Source of the DNA: a virus
Lineage: Duplodnaviria; Heunggongvirae; Uroviricota; Caudoviricetes
Length of the DNA: 64,000 bases
Strand: one strand, 5' to 3'
Virus record (IMG/VR): IMGVR_UViG_2880395615_000008
In this document: piece by piece, positions 41,533 through 51,796 of the stretch
How the letters are laid out: each line of letters starts with the position of its first letter
How positions within the stretch are numbered: the stretch's first letter is position 1
Program-made: the position numbers and the translations under genes
Notes under the pieces: model-generated
What the model was told of the DNA's origin: nothing
Database searches by the model: none
Seen by the model: the letters and a program-made list of their open reading frames with translations, nothing else

Positions 41533-41562
41533 CCGCCAGCGACAGGAATGGACGCTGGCGGT
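41533..41562 (+). terminator. Intrinsic terminator after esterase gene
   Basis: CCGCCAGCG-ACAGGAATGGA-CGCTGGCGG hairpin following an A-run. Confidence 0.45.
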
Positions 41563-41660
41563 GGTAATACCTATGGAGAAAAAATAAAGGAACGATACTT
41601 TCGTGCTCTGGTTTTTTAAATGAAAACAGTTCTTATTGTCAACAATAACGGAAAGAAATT

Positions 41661-41840
41661 ATGACATTTCTAAACCAGTTAATGCTGTACTTCTGTACGG
41701 TGGTCTGTGTGCTGTATCTCCTTTCGGGTGGGTACAGGGCCATGCGTGACTTCTGGCGCAGACAGATTGACAAAAGGGCCGCTGAGAAAATCAGCGCCAG
41801 TCAGTCAGCCGGAAGCAAACCCGAAGAGCCGCTCATTTAG
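41661..41840 (+). CDS. Small membrane protein (59 aa) upstream of lysis genes
   Basis: MTFLNQLMLYFCTVVCVLYLLSGGYRAMRDFWRRQ...; one predicted TM segment; below track cutoff. Confidence 0.4.
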   Translation: MTFLNQLMLYFCTVVCVLYLLSGGYRAMRDFWRRQIDKRAAEKISASQSAGSKPEEPLI

Positions 41841-41880
41841 CGGCAACTTTCTTAATCACATCTTTCGACGAGAAAATCCC

Positions 41881-42126
41881 ATGTCAGAAATTACATCCCT
41901 GGTCACTGCTGAGGCAGTGAAGGAAGTCCTGCGCTCTGAAGAAGTCCGGAGTGCACTGAAACAGAAACTCCGCCAGAATCTTGAGTCGCGTCTTGATGCA
42001 GAAGTGGATGCTATTCTGGATGAACTGCTGGGCGCACCGGCAGTTCCTGAGCCGGAAGGTATCGCGGGTGAGGGGAGTGCTTCAGATGGCGGTGAACCCA
42101 CACCTGACAGCGACATGATGATGTAA
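41881..42126 (+). CDS. Hypothetical acidic protein (81 aa)
   Basis: [30 protein letters not shown]...; internal start of ORF 41707..42126. Confidence 0.4.
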   Translation: MSEITSLVTAEAVKEVLRSEEVRSALKQKLRQNLESRLDAEVDAILDELLGAPAVPEPEGIAGEGSASDGGEPTPDSDMMM

Positions 42127-42202
42127 GCATGCGCAAGGGGCCATCGGTGTGTGCCGGTGGTCTTTATATTGTTGTGAGCTTCCGGATTGCGGGAGACGGG
42201 GT

Positions 42203-42418
42203 ATGTACCAGATGGAAAAAATCACAACAGGTGTGTCATACACCACGTCAGCGGTGGGAACGGGCTACTGGTTCCTGCAGTTGCTGGACAGGGTTTCCCC
42301 GTCTCAGTGGGCGGCAATAGGCGTGCTGGGGAGTCTGCTGTTTGGGCTGCTGACATATCTGACGAACCTGTATTTCAAGATTAAAGAAGACCGGCGTAAG
42401 GCGGCACGGGGAGAGTAA
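42203..42418 (+). CDS. S: Holin, phage-21 S-like (pinholin type) with dual-start motif
   Basis: [71 protein letters not shown] closely resembles S21; Met1 and Met4 as alternative starts. Confidence 0.85.
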   Translation: MYQMEKITTGVSYTTSAVGTGYWFLQLLDRVSPSQWAAIGVLGSLLFGLLTYLTNLYFKIKEDRRKAARGE

Positions 42419-42422
42419 GCTG

Positions 42423-42956
42423 ATGAGCAGGAAACTCCGCTATGGTTTATCGGCTGCCGTTCTGGCGCTGATTGCCGCAGGTGCTTCTGCGCCTGAAATC
42501 CTCGACCAGTTTCTGGATGAAAAGGAAGGTAACCACACCACGGCATACCGTGATGGTACGGGTATCTGGACCATCTGCCGCGGTGCCATCCTGGTGGATG
42601 GTAAACCTGTCGTCCCGGGCATGAAGTTGTCGAAGGAAAAATGCGACCAGGTTAACGCCATTGAGCGTGATAAGGCGCTGGCATGGGTGGAGAAAAACAT
42701 CAAAGTGCCGCTGACCGAACCCCAGAAAGCGGGGATCGCGTCATTCTGTCCGTACAACATTGGTCCCGGTAAGTGTTTCCCGTCGACGTTTTACAGACGA
42801 ATTAATGCAGGTGATCGAAAAGGTGCCTGCGAAGCTATTCGCTGGTGGATTAAGGACGGTGGCAGAGACTGCCGTATTCGTTCAAACAACTGTTACGGTC
42901 AGGTATCCCGTCGTGACCAGGAGAGCGCGCTGGCGTGCTGGGGAATCGACAGATAA
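42423..42956 (+). CDS. R: SAR endolysin (lysozyme with N-terminal signal-anchor-release domain)
   Basis: N-terminal weakly hydrophobic LSAAVLALIAAGASAPEIL then lysozyme-like ...EKEGNHTTAYRDGTGIWTICRGA... Confidence 0.85.
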   Translation: MSRKLRYGLSAAVLALIAAGASAPEILDQFLDEKEGNHTTAYRDGTGIWTICRGAILVDGKPVVPGMKLSKEKCDQVNAIERDKALAWVEKNIKVPLTEPQKAGIASFCPYNIGPGKCFPSTFYRRINAGDRKGACEAIRWWIKDGGRDCRIRSNNCYGQVSRRDQESALACWGIDR

Positions 42957-43226
42957 GCAGAATATTTTGCTGAAAAATGAGGTTTGCTTACATGGATGGA
43001 TGACACGAAATCCTGCAAATTGGCAAAATGTAAGTGAATAAAGTCAAAACAGTTGTTTAACACTCAGGCACCGTAATGATGCCTTTGTCATTTCTGCGCA
43101 TCTCACGCGCATCTCACAACACAGAACCTTTCAGGATGACCCTTGAGGATACCGGTTTGGCTGTCGGTGCCTTTCTGTGGGCTGGATTCCTGTGAGACAA
43201 GGTTCATCACTAAAAGGAAATAACCG

Positions 43227-43796
43227 ATGAATATGATGGCCGTGCCGTTTCACGGCAACTCTCTTTATGTAGTTAACCATAATGGCGAACCATACGTTCC
43301 CATGAAACCTGTCGTTGCGGGGATGGGGCTGGCCTGGCAATCACAGTTGGCTAAGTTAAGACAGCGTTTTGCGTCAACTATAACGGAAATCGTTATGGTT
43401 GCTGAGGATGGGAAACAACGCAATATGGTGTCCATGCCACTTCGAAAACTTGCCGGCTGGCTACAAACCATTAATCCCAACAAAGTAAAACCCGAAATCC
43501 GCGATAAGGTCATCCGGTATCAGGAAGAGTGCGACGATGTTCTTTACGAGTACTGGACGAAGGGTTTTGTCGTTAATCCCCGTAAAATGAGCGTGATGGA
43601 AGAACTCAACCAGGCTTGTGCTGACATGAAACGGGATAAAAACATTGCCAGTGTGTTTGCTACCGGGCTGAATGAGTGGAAACAGGTTAAAGCCGCGCAT
43701 GTATCAAAAATCCGTACGCTGGTAAATGAAGCGAATATGCTGATTGATTTTGTCCTGGCTGATACAGGCAAAGGGAAAATAACAAAGGCGGATTGA
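43227..43796 (+). CDS. Antirepressor-like protein (P22 AR N-terminal-type domain)
   Basis: 189 aa; ...AVPFHGNSLYVVNHNGEPYVPMKPVVAGMGLAWQSQ... typical of the phage antirepressor N-terminal domain. Confidence 0.55.
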   Translation: MNMMAVPFHGNSLYVVNHNGEPYVPMKPVVAGMGLAWQSQLAKLRQRFASTITEIVMVAEDGKQRNMVSMPLRKLAGWLQTINPNKVKPEIRDKVIRYQEECDDVLYEYWTKGFVVNPRKMSVMEELNQACADMKRDKNIASVFATGLNEWKQVKAAHVSKIRTLVNEANMLIDFVLADTGKGKITKAD

Positions 43797-43942
43797 TGGG
43801 GTGGCTAATGATATCAGATAAACTCATAACGCTGGTGAAGAGCCTCTGTGTACTTGTCGGCATTTCATTTTTAGTCATGCTGGTTGCCATTTTCTTTTCC
43901 ACCGCCTGGCGAGTCCTGACGTTATCGGGACTGGTGGGGTGA
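43796..43942 (+). CDS. Small membrane peptide (48 aa) between antirepressor and Rz
   Basis: ATG overlapping upstream stop (TGATG); [48 protein letters not shown]. Confidence 0.35.
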   Translation: MGWLMISDKLITLVKSLCVLVGISFLVMLVAIFFSTAWRVLTLSGLVG

Positions 43943-43949
43943 AAGAGAG

Positions 43950-44417
43950 ATGAACCGTGTTCTGTGTGTGGTGATTATTGTCCTGGCGGTTGGCTGTGGT
44001 GCGCTGTGGCTGGCAACAAACCATTACCGTGACAACGCGCTCACCTACAAAGCGCAGCGTGATAAAAAAGCCAGAGAGCTGGAACAGGCGAATGCCACCA
44101 TTACTGACATGCAGGTGCGCCAGCGTGATGTTGCTGCGCTCGATGCAAAATACTCGAGGGAGTTAGCCGATGCGAGAGCTGAAAATGAAACTCTGCGTGC
44201 TGATGTTGCCGCTGGTCGTAAGCGCCTGCGGATCAACGCCACCTGCTCCGGTACCGTGCGTGAAGCCACCGGCACCTCCGGCGTGGATAATGCAACCGGC
44301 CCCCGACTGGCAGACACCGCTGAACGGGATTATTTCATCCTCAGAGAACGGTTGATGACAATGCAGAAGCAGCTGGAAGGGGCACAGGACTATATCCGCA
44401 CTCAGTGCCTGAACTAA
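43950..44417 (+). CDS. Rz: Spanin inner-membrane subunit Rz
   Basis: ...[45 protein letters not shown]... very close to lambda Rz. Confidence 0.9.
   Translation: MNRVLCVVIIVLAVGCGALWLATNHYRDNALTYKAQRDKKARELEQANATITDMQVRQRDVAALDAKYSRELADARAENETLRADVAAGRKRLRINATCSGTVREATGTSGVDNATGPRLADTAERDYFILRERLMTMQKQLEGAQDYIRTQCLN
44170..44355 (+). CDS. Rz1: Spanin outer-membrane lipoprotein Rz1, embedded in +1 frame within Rz
   Basis: Lipobox LVVSAC and proline-rich mature region ...[33 protein letters not shown]. Confidence 0.85.
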   Translation: MRELKMKLCVLMLPLVVSACGSTPPAPVPCVKPPAPPAWIMQPAPDWQTPLNGIISSSENG

Positions 44418-44667
44418 GTTTTGCTGATGCGCCGTATCGTCACCGTATTCTTGCATTAACAGAGACCGCAGCCCGACAGGGAGACTCCTCTGCGAGAGTG
44501 TGCGGGGATAATCAAAAACGATACACACCGGGGTTTACCGCGTTAACGGAGCGCGGTGTTGTCCCCTCATAGTCGCCAGTCCGGTGCGATGGTGGAAGAA
44601 ACTGGATTTTGTTGCAAATGATAACCATTATCATTTTTTGCGGGTCCTCCTGGTGGGGTGGGCCTGA

Positions 44668-44690
44668 ACACGGGGCGGGCGGCGCGGAAA
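44668..44690 (+). other. cos site (cosN region) of lambda-like packaging
   Basis: CGGGGCGGGCGGCGCG resembles lambda cosN (GGGCGGCGACCT); located between Rz and the Nu1-like gene, followed by AT-rich cosB-like DNA. Confidence 0.45.
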
Positions 44691-44831
44691 AAGGCGCATT
44701 TTTTGATTTTTATGGCACCATCACCACCAGTGTAAGTTGTTGATATATAGAAAAATAAAAATTTTTAGTGTCGAGTCTGGTTGTTTTTTGTTCATCACTG
44801 GTGTGTGTTTACATAATTTTCAGGGGGAGTT

Positions 44832-45308
44832 ATGGATCGTGAATTAAAAAATCTGCATCTGAATATTTCCCAACTGGCCGCATTATCCGGTGCTCATCGA
44901 CAGACTGTTGCGGCTCGGGTAAAAAACATAAGCCCAGCCGGTGGTCATGAGAGCAATCTCAAACTGTACCGACTGACAGATATCCTTGCCGAGCTGATGA
45001 AAGCTCCTCTGCCTGTAGATAACGAGGAAATGGATCCTCATGCGCGTAAAGCATGGTACCAGTCAGAACGTGACCGACTGAAATTTGAGCAGGAAACTGG
45101 TCAGCTTGTGCCAGTCAGTGATGTCAGGCGGTCCTTTTCTGTCGTGGTGAAAGCGATAGTTCAGGTACTGGAAACCTGGCCTGACCGGCTGGAGAGGGAC
45201 AGGGGGTGGACCGCATCACAACTGAATGAAGTACAGATTGTGGTTGATGAGATCCGCGACACACTGGAAAAGGCAGTCATTGACTGTTGTGATGAGGCCG
45301 ATATGTGA
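44832..45308 (+). CDS. Terminase small subunit (Nu1-like)
   Basis: N-terminal HTH ...LNISQLAALSGAHRQTVAARV...; directly precedes large terminase. Confidence 0.75.
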   Translation: MDRELKNLHLNISQLAALSGAHRQTVAARVKNISPAGGHESNLKLYRLTDILAELMKAPLPVDNEEMDPHARKAWYQSERDRLKFEQETGQLVPVSDVRRSFSVVVKAIVQVLETWPDRLERDRGWTASQLNEVQIVVDEIRDTLEKAVIDCCDEADM

Positions 45309-47428
45309 ATCAGGTGAACGAGAGCCATAGCCGCGCATCCGATATCTGGCGCGAAGTGGCCTCGCTGTTTCGCCCACCCAGCCGGTTACCAGTAGCGGAA
45401 GCCATCAGGCGTTATATGCGGGTTCCACGGGGAGCCAATACTTCCGGTCCGTGGGAGTCATCGCTGACGCCCTATATGATTGACCCCATTAATACATTAT
45501 CAGCCCGTGAATATGACGCGGTGGTGTTTGTGGGACCTGCGCGAACCGGGAAAACCGAAGGGCTGATTGATGGCTGGATTGTGTACGGCATCATCTGTGA
45601 TCCGGCGGATATGCTGGTGGTGCAGATGACTGAGACGAAGGCGCGTGAGCATTCCAGAACGCGTCTTTCCAGGACGTTTCGCCACAGTCCGGAGGTCAGC
45701 AAGCGCCTCAGTCCTTCCCGTAATGACAACAACGTCCACGATAAAATGTTTCTTGACGGCTCCTTCCTGAAGATTGGCTGGCCGTCGATCACCGTCTTTT
45801 CCTCTTCGGATTACCGTCGTGTGGCGCTGACGGATTATGACCGTTTCCCTGAAAACGTGGACGGGGAAGGGGATGCCTTCACGCTGGCCTCAAAGCGTAC
45901 CACCACCTTTATGTCCTCGGGGATGACCCTGGTCGAGAGTTCACCGGGGCGGGATATCACCGATACCAAATGGCGTTGTGGTGGCGCACATGAGGCACCG
46001 CCAACAACGGGGATCCTGTCACTGTATAACCGGGGAGACCGCCGCCGGTGGTACTGGCCGTGTCCGCACTGCGGGGAATATTTTCAGCCGGTGATGGATA
46101 ACATGACCGGATACCGGAATAACCCGGATTTTGTGGCTGCCGGTCAGGCTGCCCGTCTGATGTGTCCGCATTGTCGCGGGCTGATCGCCCCTGAGCAGAA
46201 ACGCGAACTGAATAACCAGGGGATCTGGCTTCGTGAAGGTGAACGGGCGGCGGCGGACGGCAGTATCACCGGAACGCCACGAAACTCCCGGATTGCGTCA
46301 TTTTGGATGGAGGGGCCAGCTGCGGCGTTTCAGACCTGGGAACAACTGATTTTTAAACTGCTGGCGGCAGAAGAAGAGTATGAGCGAACCGGCAGTGAAG
46401 AGACCCTGAAAGCGGTGGTGAACACCGATATCGGACGACCCTATCTGCCCCGTTCAGCCACGGAACAGCGTAAAAGTGAACTGCTTGAACAGCGTGCCGA
46501 GCCGTTTCCCCGGCGATCTGTGCCGGATGGTGTGCGTTTTATTGAGGCAACGGTTGACGTACAGGGCGGTAAAAATCGCCGTTTTGTTGTGCAGATCACC
46601 GGATACGGAGAGCAGGGGGAACGCTGGATTGTTGATCGCTACAACATCCGGCATTCACTGCGCTGCAGTCCCAACGGTGAAAGTCTGCCGGTTGATCCGG
46701 CGGCATATCCGGAGGACTGGGATTTGTTGCTGACGGATGTGTTCCATAAAACATGGCCGCTGGCTTCTGATCCGGATGTGCGCATGCGTCTGATGGCCAT
46801 GGCGGTGGATACGGGAGGGGAAGCCGGGGTGACAGATAACGCCTATCGTTTCTGGCGTCGTTGCCGGAGTGACGGACTGGGCAACAGGGTGTTTCTGTTC
46901 AAGGGGGATGGACTTCGCCGTGACAGGCTGATTAACCGAACCTTCCCGGATAATACCGGCAGAAGTGCCCGCCGTGCCAGAGCCAGTGGCGATGTCGCGC
47001 TGTGGCTGGTTCAGACGGATGCGTTTAAGGATCGTGTAAATAATGCCCTGTGGCGTGACACACCAGGGCCGAACTATATCCACTTTCCCGACTGGCTGGG
47101 GCGGTGGTTTTACGATGAGCTGACCTATGAAGAGCGCGGCAGTGACGGAAAATGGCGAAAACCGGGCAGGGGCGCTAACGAAGCGTTTGACCTGCTGGTT
47201 TATGCGGATGCGCTTGCCGTTCTGCATGGTTACGAAAAGATCCGCTGGCCCTCCGCACCGGACTGGGCACAGCGGGAAACGTGGCTCGTCTTCCCGCAGG
47301 AGCGTTCTGGTGAAACGGTATCCCCGGAACTGACGGCCGGGGCAGAAAAACGCCGTCGCCGGAAGAAAAAACTGCGGACGGAGCGTGCGGAAGATAATCC
47401 ATGGATAACATCAGGAGGCTGGTTGTGA
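45305..47428 (+). CDS. Terminase large subunit (lambda A-like)
   Basis: 707 aa; Walker A-like VFVGPARTGKTEG; Cys cluster WYWPCPHCGEY...CPHCRG. Confidence 0.9.
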   Translation: MNQVNESHSRASDIWREVASLFRPPSRLPVAEAIRRYMRVPRGANTSGPWESSLTPYMIDPINTLSAREYDAVVFVGPARTGKTEGLIDGWIVYGIICDPADMLVVQMTETKAREHSRTRLSRTFRHSPEVSKRLSPSRNDNNVHDKMFLDGSFLKIGWPSITVFSSSDYRRVALTDYDRFPENVDGEGDAFTLASKRTTTFMSSGMTLVESSPGRDITDTKWRCGGAHEAPPTTGILSLYNRGDRRRWYWPCPHCGEYFQPVMDNMTGYRNNPDFVAAGQAARLMCPHCRGLIAPEQKRELNNQGIWLREGERAAADGSITGTPRNSRIASFWMEGPAAAFQTWEQLIFKLLAAEEEYERTGSEETLKAVVNTDIGRPYLPRSATEQRKSELLEQRAEPFPRRSVPDGVRFIEATVDVQGGKNRRFVVQITGYGEQGERWIVDRYNIRHSLRCSPNGESLPVDPAAYPEDWDLLLTDVFHKTWPLASDPDVRMRLMAMAVDTGGEAGVTDNAYRFWRRCRSDGLGNRVFLFKGDGLRRDRLINRTFPDNTGRSARRARASGDVALWLVQTDAFKDRVNNALWRDTPGPNYIHFPDWLGRWFYDELTYEERGSDGKWRKPGRGANEAFDLLVYADALAVLHGYEKIRWPSAPDWAQRETWLVFPQERSGETVSPELTAGAEKRRRRKKKLRTERAEDNPWITSGGWL

Positions 47429-47637
47429 GCACAGAAGAAGCCAGAGAAATGATACAGCGGTACCGTGAAGCGGAAATGGCCGTACTGGAGGGAAAGTCTG
47501 TCACCTTCAACGGGCAGCAACTGACGCTGGAAAGCCTTTCTCAGATCCGCGCCGGACGTCAGGAGTGGGAACGCAGGCTTGCCGCGATGGTGAGCCGCAG
47601 GCGGGGAAAACCGGGATTTAAACTGGCGAGGTTTTAA
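47401..47637 (+). CDS. Head-tail joining protein W-like
   Basis: Small ORF between terminase and portal; ...MAVLEGKSVTFNGQQLTLESLSQIRAG... parallels lambda gpW; true start may be 47449. Confidence 0.6.
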   Translation: MDNIRRLVVSTEEAREMIQRYREAEMAVLEGKSVTFNGQQLTLESLSQIRAGRQEWERRLAAMVSRRRGKPGFKLARF

Positions 47638-49139
47638 TGGCAATTATTGATGATGTGATCGGCGTGTTTTCCCCCGGGTGGAAAGCAGCCAGACTGCGTT
47701 CAAGGGCGTTAATCATGGCCTATGAGGCGGTGAAACCGACCCGGACACATAAAGCCCGGCGGGAAAATCGCTCTGCTGATCAGCTCAGTAAATACGGTGC
47801 GGTTTCCCTGCGGGAGCAGGCCCGTTTTCTGGATATCAATCATGACCTGGTGATTGGTGTGTTTGACAAGCTGGAAGAGCGGGTGATTGGTGCCAGGGGA
47901 ATTATTGTGGAGCCTCAGCCATTACGAAAAAACGGGGAAATGGCGGCTGAGCTGGCTGCGGATATCCGCCGTTTGTGGGCTGAATGGTCCGTGAGTCCGG
48001 ATGTGACAGGGCAGTATACCCGTCCTGTGCTTGAACGTTTACTGCTGCGGACCTGGCTGCGGGATGGTGAAGTGTTTGCGCAGATGGTCAGTGGTGCGGG
48101 AAACGGTCTGGAACGGACAGCGGGAGTGCCATTCTGGCTTGAGGCGATGGAGCCGGATTTTGTTCCCATGCGCACTGATGAATCCGCCGGACTGAATCAG
48201 GGGGTTTTTCTTGATGAGTGGGGAAGACCGAAAAAATATCTGGTTTATAAAAATTATCCGGTCAGCGGCCGGCAGAGTGATACGAAAGAAATCGCTGCCG
48301 GAAAAATGATCCACCTGAAGTTCACTCGTCGTCTGCATCAGACGCGAGGCTCATCCATGTTATCGGGGGTGCTGATGCGGATCAGTGCCCTTAAGGAGTA
48401 TGAGGATGCGGAACTGACAGCGGCGCGTATTGCTGCGGCGCTGGGACTGTATATCCGTAAAGGTGACGGACAGGACTATGAAGATCCGGGGATCAAAGAG
48501 ACCGAGCGGGAAGTCCATATCACCCCGGGTATTATTTATGACGATTTGCGCAAGGGCGAGGATATCGGCATGGTCAAATCTGACCGTCCCAATCCCAACC
48601 TTGAAACTTTCCGCAACGGCCAGTTGCGTGCAGTGGCAGCAGGCAGTCGTCTGAGTTTTTCCAGTGCGGCGCGTAACTATAACGGCACCTACAGCGCCCA
48701 GCGGCAGGAGCTGGTCGAGTCCACGGATGGTTACCTGATCCTGCAGGACTGTTTTATTGGCGCGGTAACCCGCCCGGTGTACCGGACATGGCTGAATATG
48801 GTGGTTGCGGCAGGTCTGCTGAAAATTCCGGCGGATGTGGAGATGAAAACGCTATATAACGCGACGTATTCCGGTCCGGTGATGCCGTGGATCGACCCGG
48901 TTAAGGAAGCTGAAGCCTGGAGAATTCAGATCCGGGGTGGTGCAGCGACAGAATCTGACTGGGTGCGTGCCGGCGGGCGCAATCCGGATGAGGTCAAACG
49001 TCGCCGCAAGGCTGAAATTGATGAAAACAGCAGACTGGGGCTGGTCTTTGATACTGACCCCGTCAACGACAAAGGAGGCAACAGTGCCGGAACTGAACAA
49101 CAGCGTCAGCAGGCCACCGACAGCCAGCATGAAGAATAA
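47637..49139 (+). CDS. Portal protein (lambda B family)
   Basis: 500 aa ORF between W and the protease-capsid gene. Confidence 0.85.
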   Translation: MAIIDDVIGVFSPGWKAARLRSRALIMAYEAVKPTRTHKARRENRSADQLSKYGAVSLREQARFLDINHDLVIGVFDKLEERVIGARGIIVEPQPLRKNGEMAAELAADIRRLWAEWSVSPDVTGQYTRPVLERLLLRTWLRDGEVFAQMVSGAGNGLERTAGVPFWLEAMEPDFVPMRTDESAGLNQGVFLDEWGRPKKYLVYKNYPVSGRQSDTKEIAAGKMIHLKFTRRLHQTRGSSMLSGVLMRISALKEYEDAELTAARIAAALGLYIRKGDGQDYEDPGIKETEREVHITPGIIYDDLRKGEDIGMVKSDRPNPNLETFRNGQLRAVAAGSRLSFSSAARNYNGTYSAQRQELVESTDGYLILQDCFIGAVTRPVYRTWLNMVVAAGLLKIPADVEMKTLYNATYSGPVMPWIDPVKEAEAWRIQIRGGAATESDWVRAGGRNPDEVKRRRKAEIDENSRLGLVFDTDPVNDKGGNSAGTEQQRQQATDSQHEE

Positions 49140-51108
49140 ATCCTGGTTCAGGATGCAGGCGGGTGGTCAGGGGGAGGCGGATATTTATATTTATGACGAG
49201 ATTGGTTTCTGGGGAGTTACCGCGAAGCAGTTTGTCAGCGATATGAATGCCCTGGGTGATATCACCCACATTAATCTCCACATCAACTCACCGGGTGGCG
49301 ATGTCTTTGAAGGCATCGCCATTTTTAATGCCCTGAAAAATCACGGTGCGGCCATTACCGTGTATGTGGATGGCGTTGCCGCCTCGATGGCATCCCTGAT
49401 TGCGATGGCCGGTGACACGGTCATTATGCCGGAAAATGCCTTCATGATGATCCATAAACCCTGGGGGATCAGCGGTGGTGATGCGGAGAAAATGCGCACT
49501 TATGCCGAACGTCTGGACAAACTTGAGTCGGTTATGGTGCCGGTATATGCGCAGAAAACCGGAAAAACTACCGATGAAATTGCCGCCATGCTGGCGGATG
49601 AGACCTGGATGTCCGGTGCCGAGTGTCTGGCACACGGATTTGCAGACCAGGTGACGCCAGCCGTTAAGGCAATGGCATGTATTCAGTCAAAACGTACAGA
49701 GGAATTTAAAAAGATGCCGGAATCCATCCGAAATATGATCACGCAGCCATACAACAGTGCCCCGCGTGATACCACAGTGACAATCCCTGCACCGGCGGTA
49801 ACAGAACCATCACCGGTAACGGCAGTGTCTGATGAGGCGACCATTCGCGCCCGCGTTATGGCAGAACAGAAAGCCCGCATGTCAGGCATTAACGATCTGT
49901 TTGCCATGTTCGGCGGTCGCTATCAGACGCTTCAGGCACAGTGCGTGGCTGATCCTGACTGTTCGCTGGAAATGGCCCGTGAACGTCTGCTGAATGAAAT
50001 GGGCAAGGAGTCCTCGCCGACCAACAAAAATACACCGGCTCATATTTATGCCGGAAACGGCAATTTTGTGGGGGACGGGATCCGCCAGGCGATGCTGGCC
50101 CGTGCCGGATTTGAAAATGTCGAGAAGGATAACGCCTATAACGGGATGACCCTGCGTGAATGGGCTCGCATGTCACTGACGGAGCGCGGTATTGGGGTGG
50201 CCAGTTATAACCCCATGCAGATGGTCGGGCTGGCGCTGACGCACAGCACCTCTGATTTTGGCAATATTCTGCTGGATGTGTCGAACAAGGGGCTGATCCA
50301 GGGCTGGGAGGAATCAGAAGAAACCTTCCAGAAGTGGACCCGTAAGGGACGCCTGTCAGACTTCAAAACAGCGTATCGCGTGGGGATGGGCGGTTTTGGT
50401 TCTCTGCGCCAGGTTCGTGAGGGGGCGGAGTATAAATACATCACCACCTCAGATCGCAAGGAGACCATTGCGCTGGCCACTTACGGGGAGATTTTCTCCA
50501 TCACCCGCCAGGCCATTATCAATGATGATCTGAATATGCTGGTGGACGTGCCGATGAAGATGGGGCGTGCGGCGAAGGCAACGATTGGTGACCTGGTCTA
50601 CAAGGTGCTGACGGATAACCCGAAACTGTCCGACGGTAAGGCGCTGTTCCATGCCGATCACAAAAATATTGCCACCGGGGGGATCTCCGTTTCCGGACTG
50701 GATGCGGCCCGTCAGATGATGCGCCTGCAGAAAGAAGGCGATCGTGCCCTGAATATCCGTCCGGCCTTTATGCTGGTACCGGTGGCACTGGAGACGGTGG
50801 CGAACCAGACCATCAAATCGGCCAGTGTGAAAGGGGCGGATGCAAACGCCGGTGTCATTAACCCTATCCAGAACTTTGCTGAGGTGATTGCAGAAGCGCG
50901 TCTTGATGCGGCAGACCCGAAAACCTGGTATCTGGCGGCGGCACAGGGCACTGACACCATTGAAGTGGCCTGGCTGGATGGTGTGGACACGCCATACATT
51001 GATCAGCAGGAAGGTTTCACCACTGACGGCATTGCCACAAAAATCCGTATTGATGCCGGAGTGGCACCACTTGACTGGCGCGGGCTGGTGCGTTCGTCGG
51101 TGGCCTGA
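49129..51108 (+). CDS. Prohead protease (ClpP/S14-like) fused to HK97-fold major capsid protein
   Basis: N-terminal ...HINSPGGDVFEGIAIFNALKNHGAAITVYVDGVAASMASLIAMAGD... ClpP-like; long C-terminal capsid-like region; ATG 49129 (MKNKSWF). Confidence 0.75.
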   Translation: MKNKSWFRMQAGGQGEADIYIYDEIGFWGVTAKQFVSDMNALGDITHINLHINSPGGDVFEGIAIFNALKNHGAAITVYVDGVAASMASLIAMAGDTVIMPENAFMMIHKPWGISGGDAEKMRTYAERLDKLESVMVPVYAQKTGKTTDEIAAMLADETWMSGAECLAHGFADQVTPAVKAMACIQSKRTEEFKKMPESIRNMITQPYNSAPRDTTVTIPAPAVTEPSPVTAVSDEATIRARVMAEQKARMSGINDLFAMFGGRYQTLQAQCVADPDCSLEMARERLLNEMGKESSPTNKNTPAHIYAGNGNFVGDGIRQAMLARAGFENVEKDNAYNGMTLREWARMSLTERGIGVASYNPMQMVGLALTHSTSDFGNILLDVSNKGLIQGWEESEETFQKWTRKGRLSDFKTAYRVGMGGFGSLRQVREGAEYKYITTSDRKETIALATYGEIFSITRQAIINDDLNMLVDVPMKMGRAAKATIGDLVYKVLTDNPKLSDGKALFHADHKNIATGGISVSGLDAARQMMRLQKEGDRALNIRPAFMLVPVALETVANQTIKSASVKGADANAGVINPIQNFAEVIAEARLDAADPKTWYLAAAQGTDTIEVAWLDGVDTPYIDQQEGFTTDGIATKIRIDAGVAPLDWRGLVRSSVA

Positions 51109-51195
51109 TAACCGCGTTATCACAATCACTGCCCGAAAGGGCTTTTTTTATGCCTGAAAAACAGCCCCACAGGGGCTGTCCGGAGAAACAGCATT

Positions 51196-51522
51196 ATGGC
51201 GAAAAATTTTGTACAGGACGGTACCACCATTGAACTGGTGAATGCCGGAGATCAGACCATCCTGAGCGGTGCTGCGGTGGTGGTCGGCAGTATGGTGGCC
51301 GTGGCCATTACCGATATTCCTGCCGGTGAGGCCGGTGACGGTTTTGCCGAAGGCGTGTTCCTGCTGCCCAAACAGTCTGCTGACGACATTCAGTCCGGCG
51401 CGGTGGTTTATCTGAAGGACGGGGTTGTGCAGCTGGCTGCAGACGGTGCGGTGGCAGCGGGGGTAGCCTGGGAAAATGCCCCTGCAAACAGCGCCACTGT
51501 GGCGGTAAAAATCAATGTCTGA
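51196..51522 (+). CDS. Small Gly/Ala-rich head protein (DUF2190-like; putative decoration/cement protein)
   Basis: 108 aa immediately after capsid gene. Confidence 0.4.
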   Translation: MAKNFVQDGTTIELVNAGDQTILSGAAVVVGSMVAVAITDIPAGEAGDGFAEGVFLLPKQSADDIQSGAVVYLKDGVVQLAADGAVAAGVAWENAPANSATVAVKINV

Positions 51523-51796
51523 TCTGTTTACGCGAATGTGTTGCCGGATGGACGTGGCGACCGTTCGGGTGATGGGCAAACAGGCGGAGATTAACGGCGT
51601 CGTGTACGACGTGATGCCGGAGGAAGAGTCCGCGGAGATGGGGGCGCTTTCGGGCAGCCAGTTGTCACTGGTGGTGTTTTCAGCCCGGTACCGTCCGGCC
51701 CGTCATGATGTTGTTGTGTTTGCGGGGCGCACACTGACGGTGACCCGTTATGACACGTACAACGGTAAACCCCGGATTTTTGTCGAACAGGAATGA
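51515..51796 (+). CDS. Putative head-tail connector/adaptor protein
   Basis: 93 aa between head and tail-completion genes. Confidence 0.4.
   Translation: MSDLFTRMCCRMDVATVRVMGKQAEINGVVYDVMPEEESAEMGALSGSQLSLVVFSARYRPARHDVVVFAGRTLTVTRYDTYNGKPRIFVEQE

Noticed and set aside
42760-43041. 93-aa plus-strand ORF overlapping the endolysin 3' end
   Set aside because: Out-of-frame overlap with a well-supported endolysin gene; no RBS.
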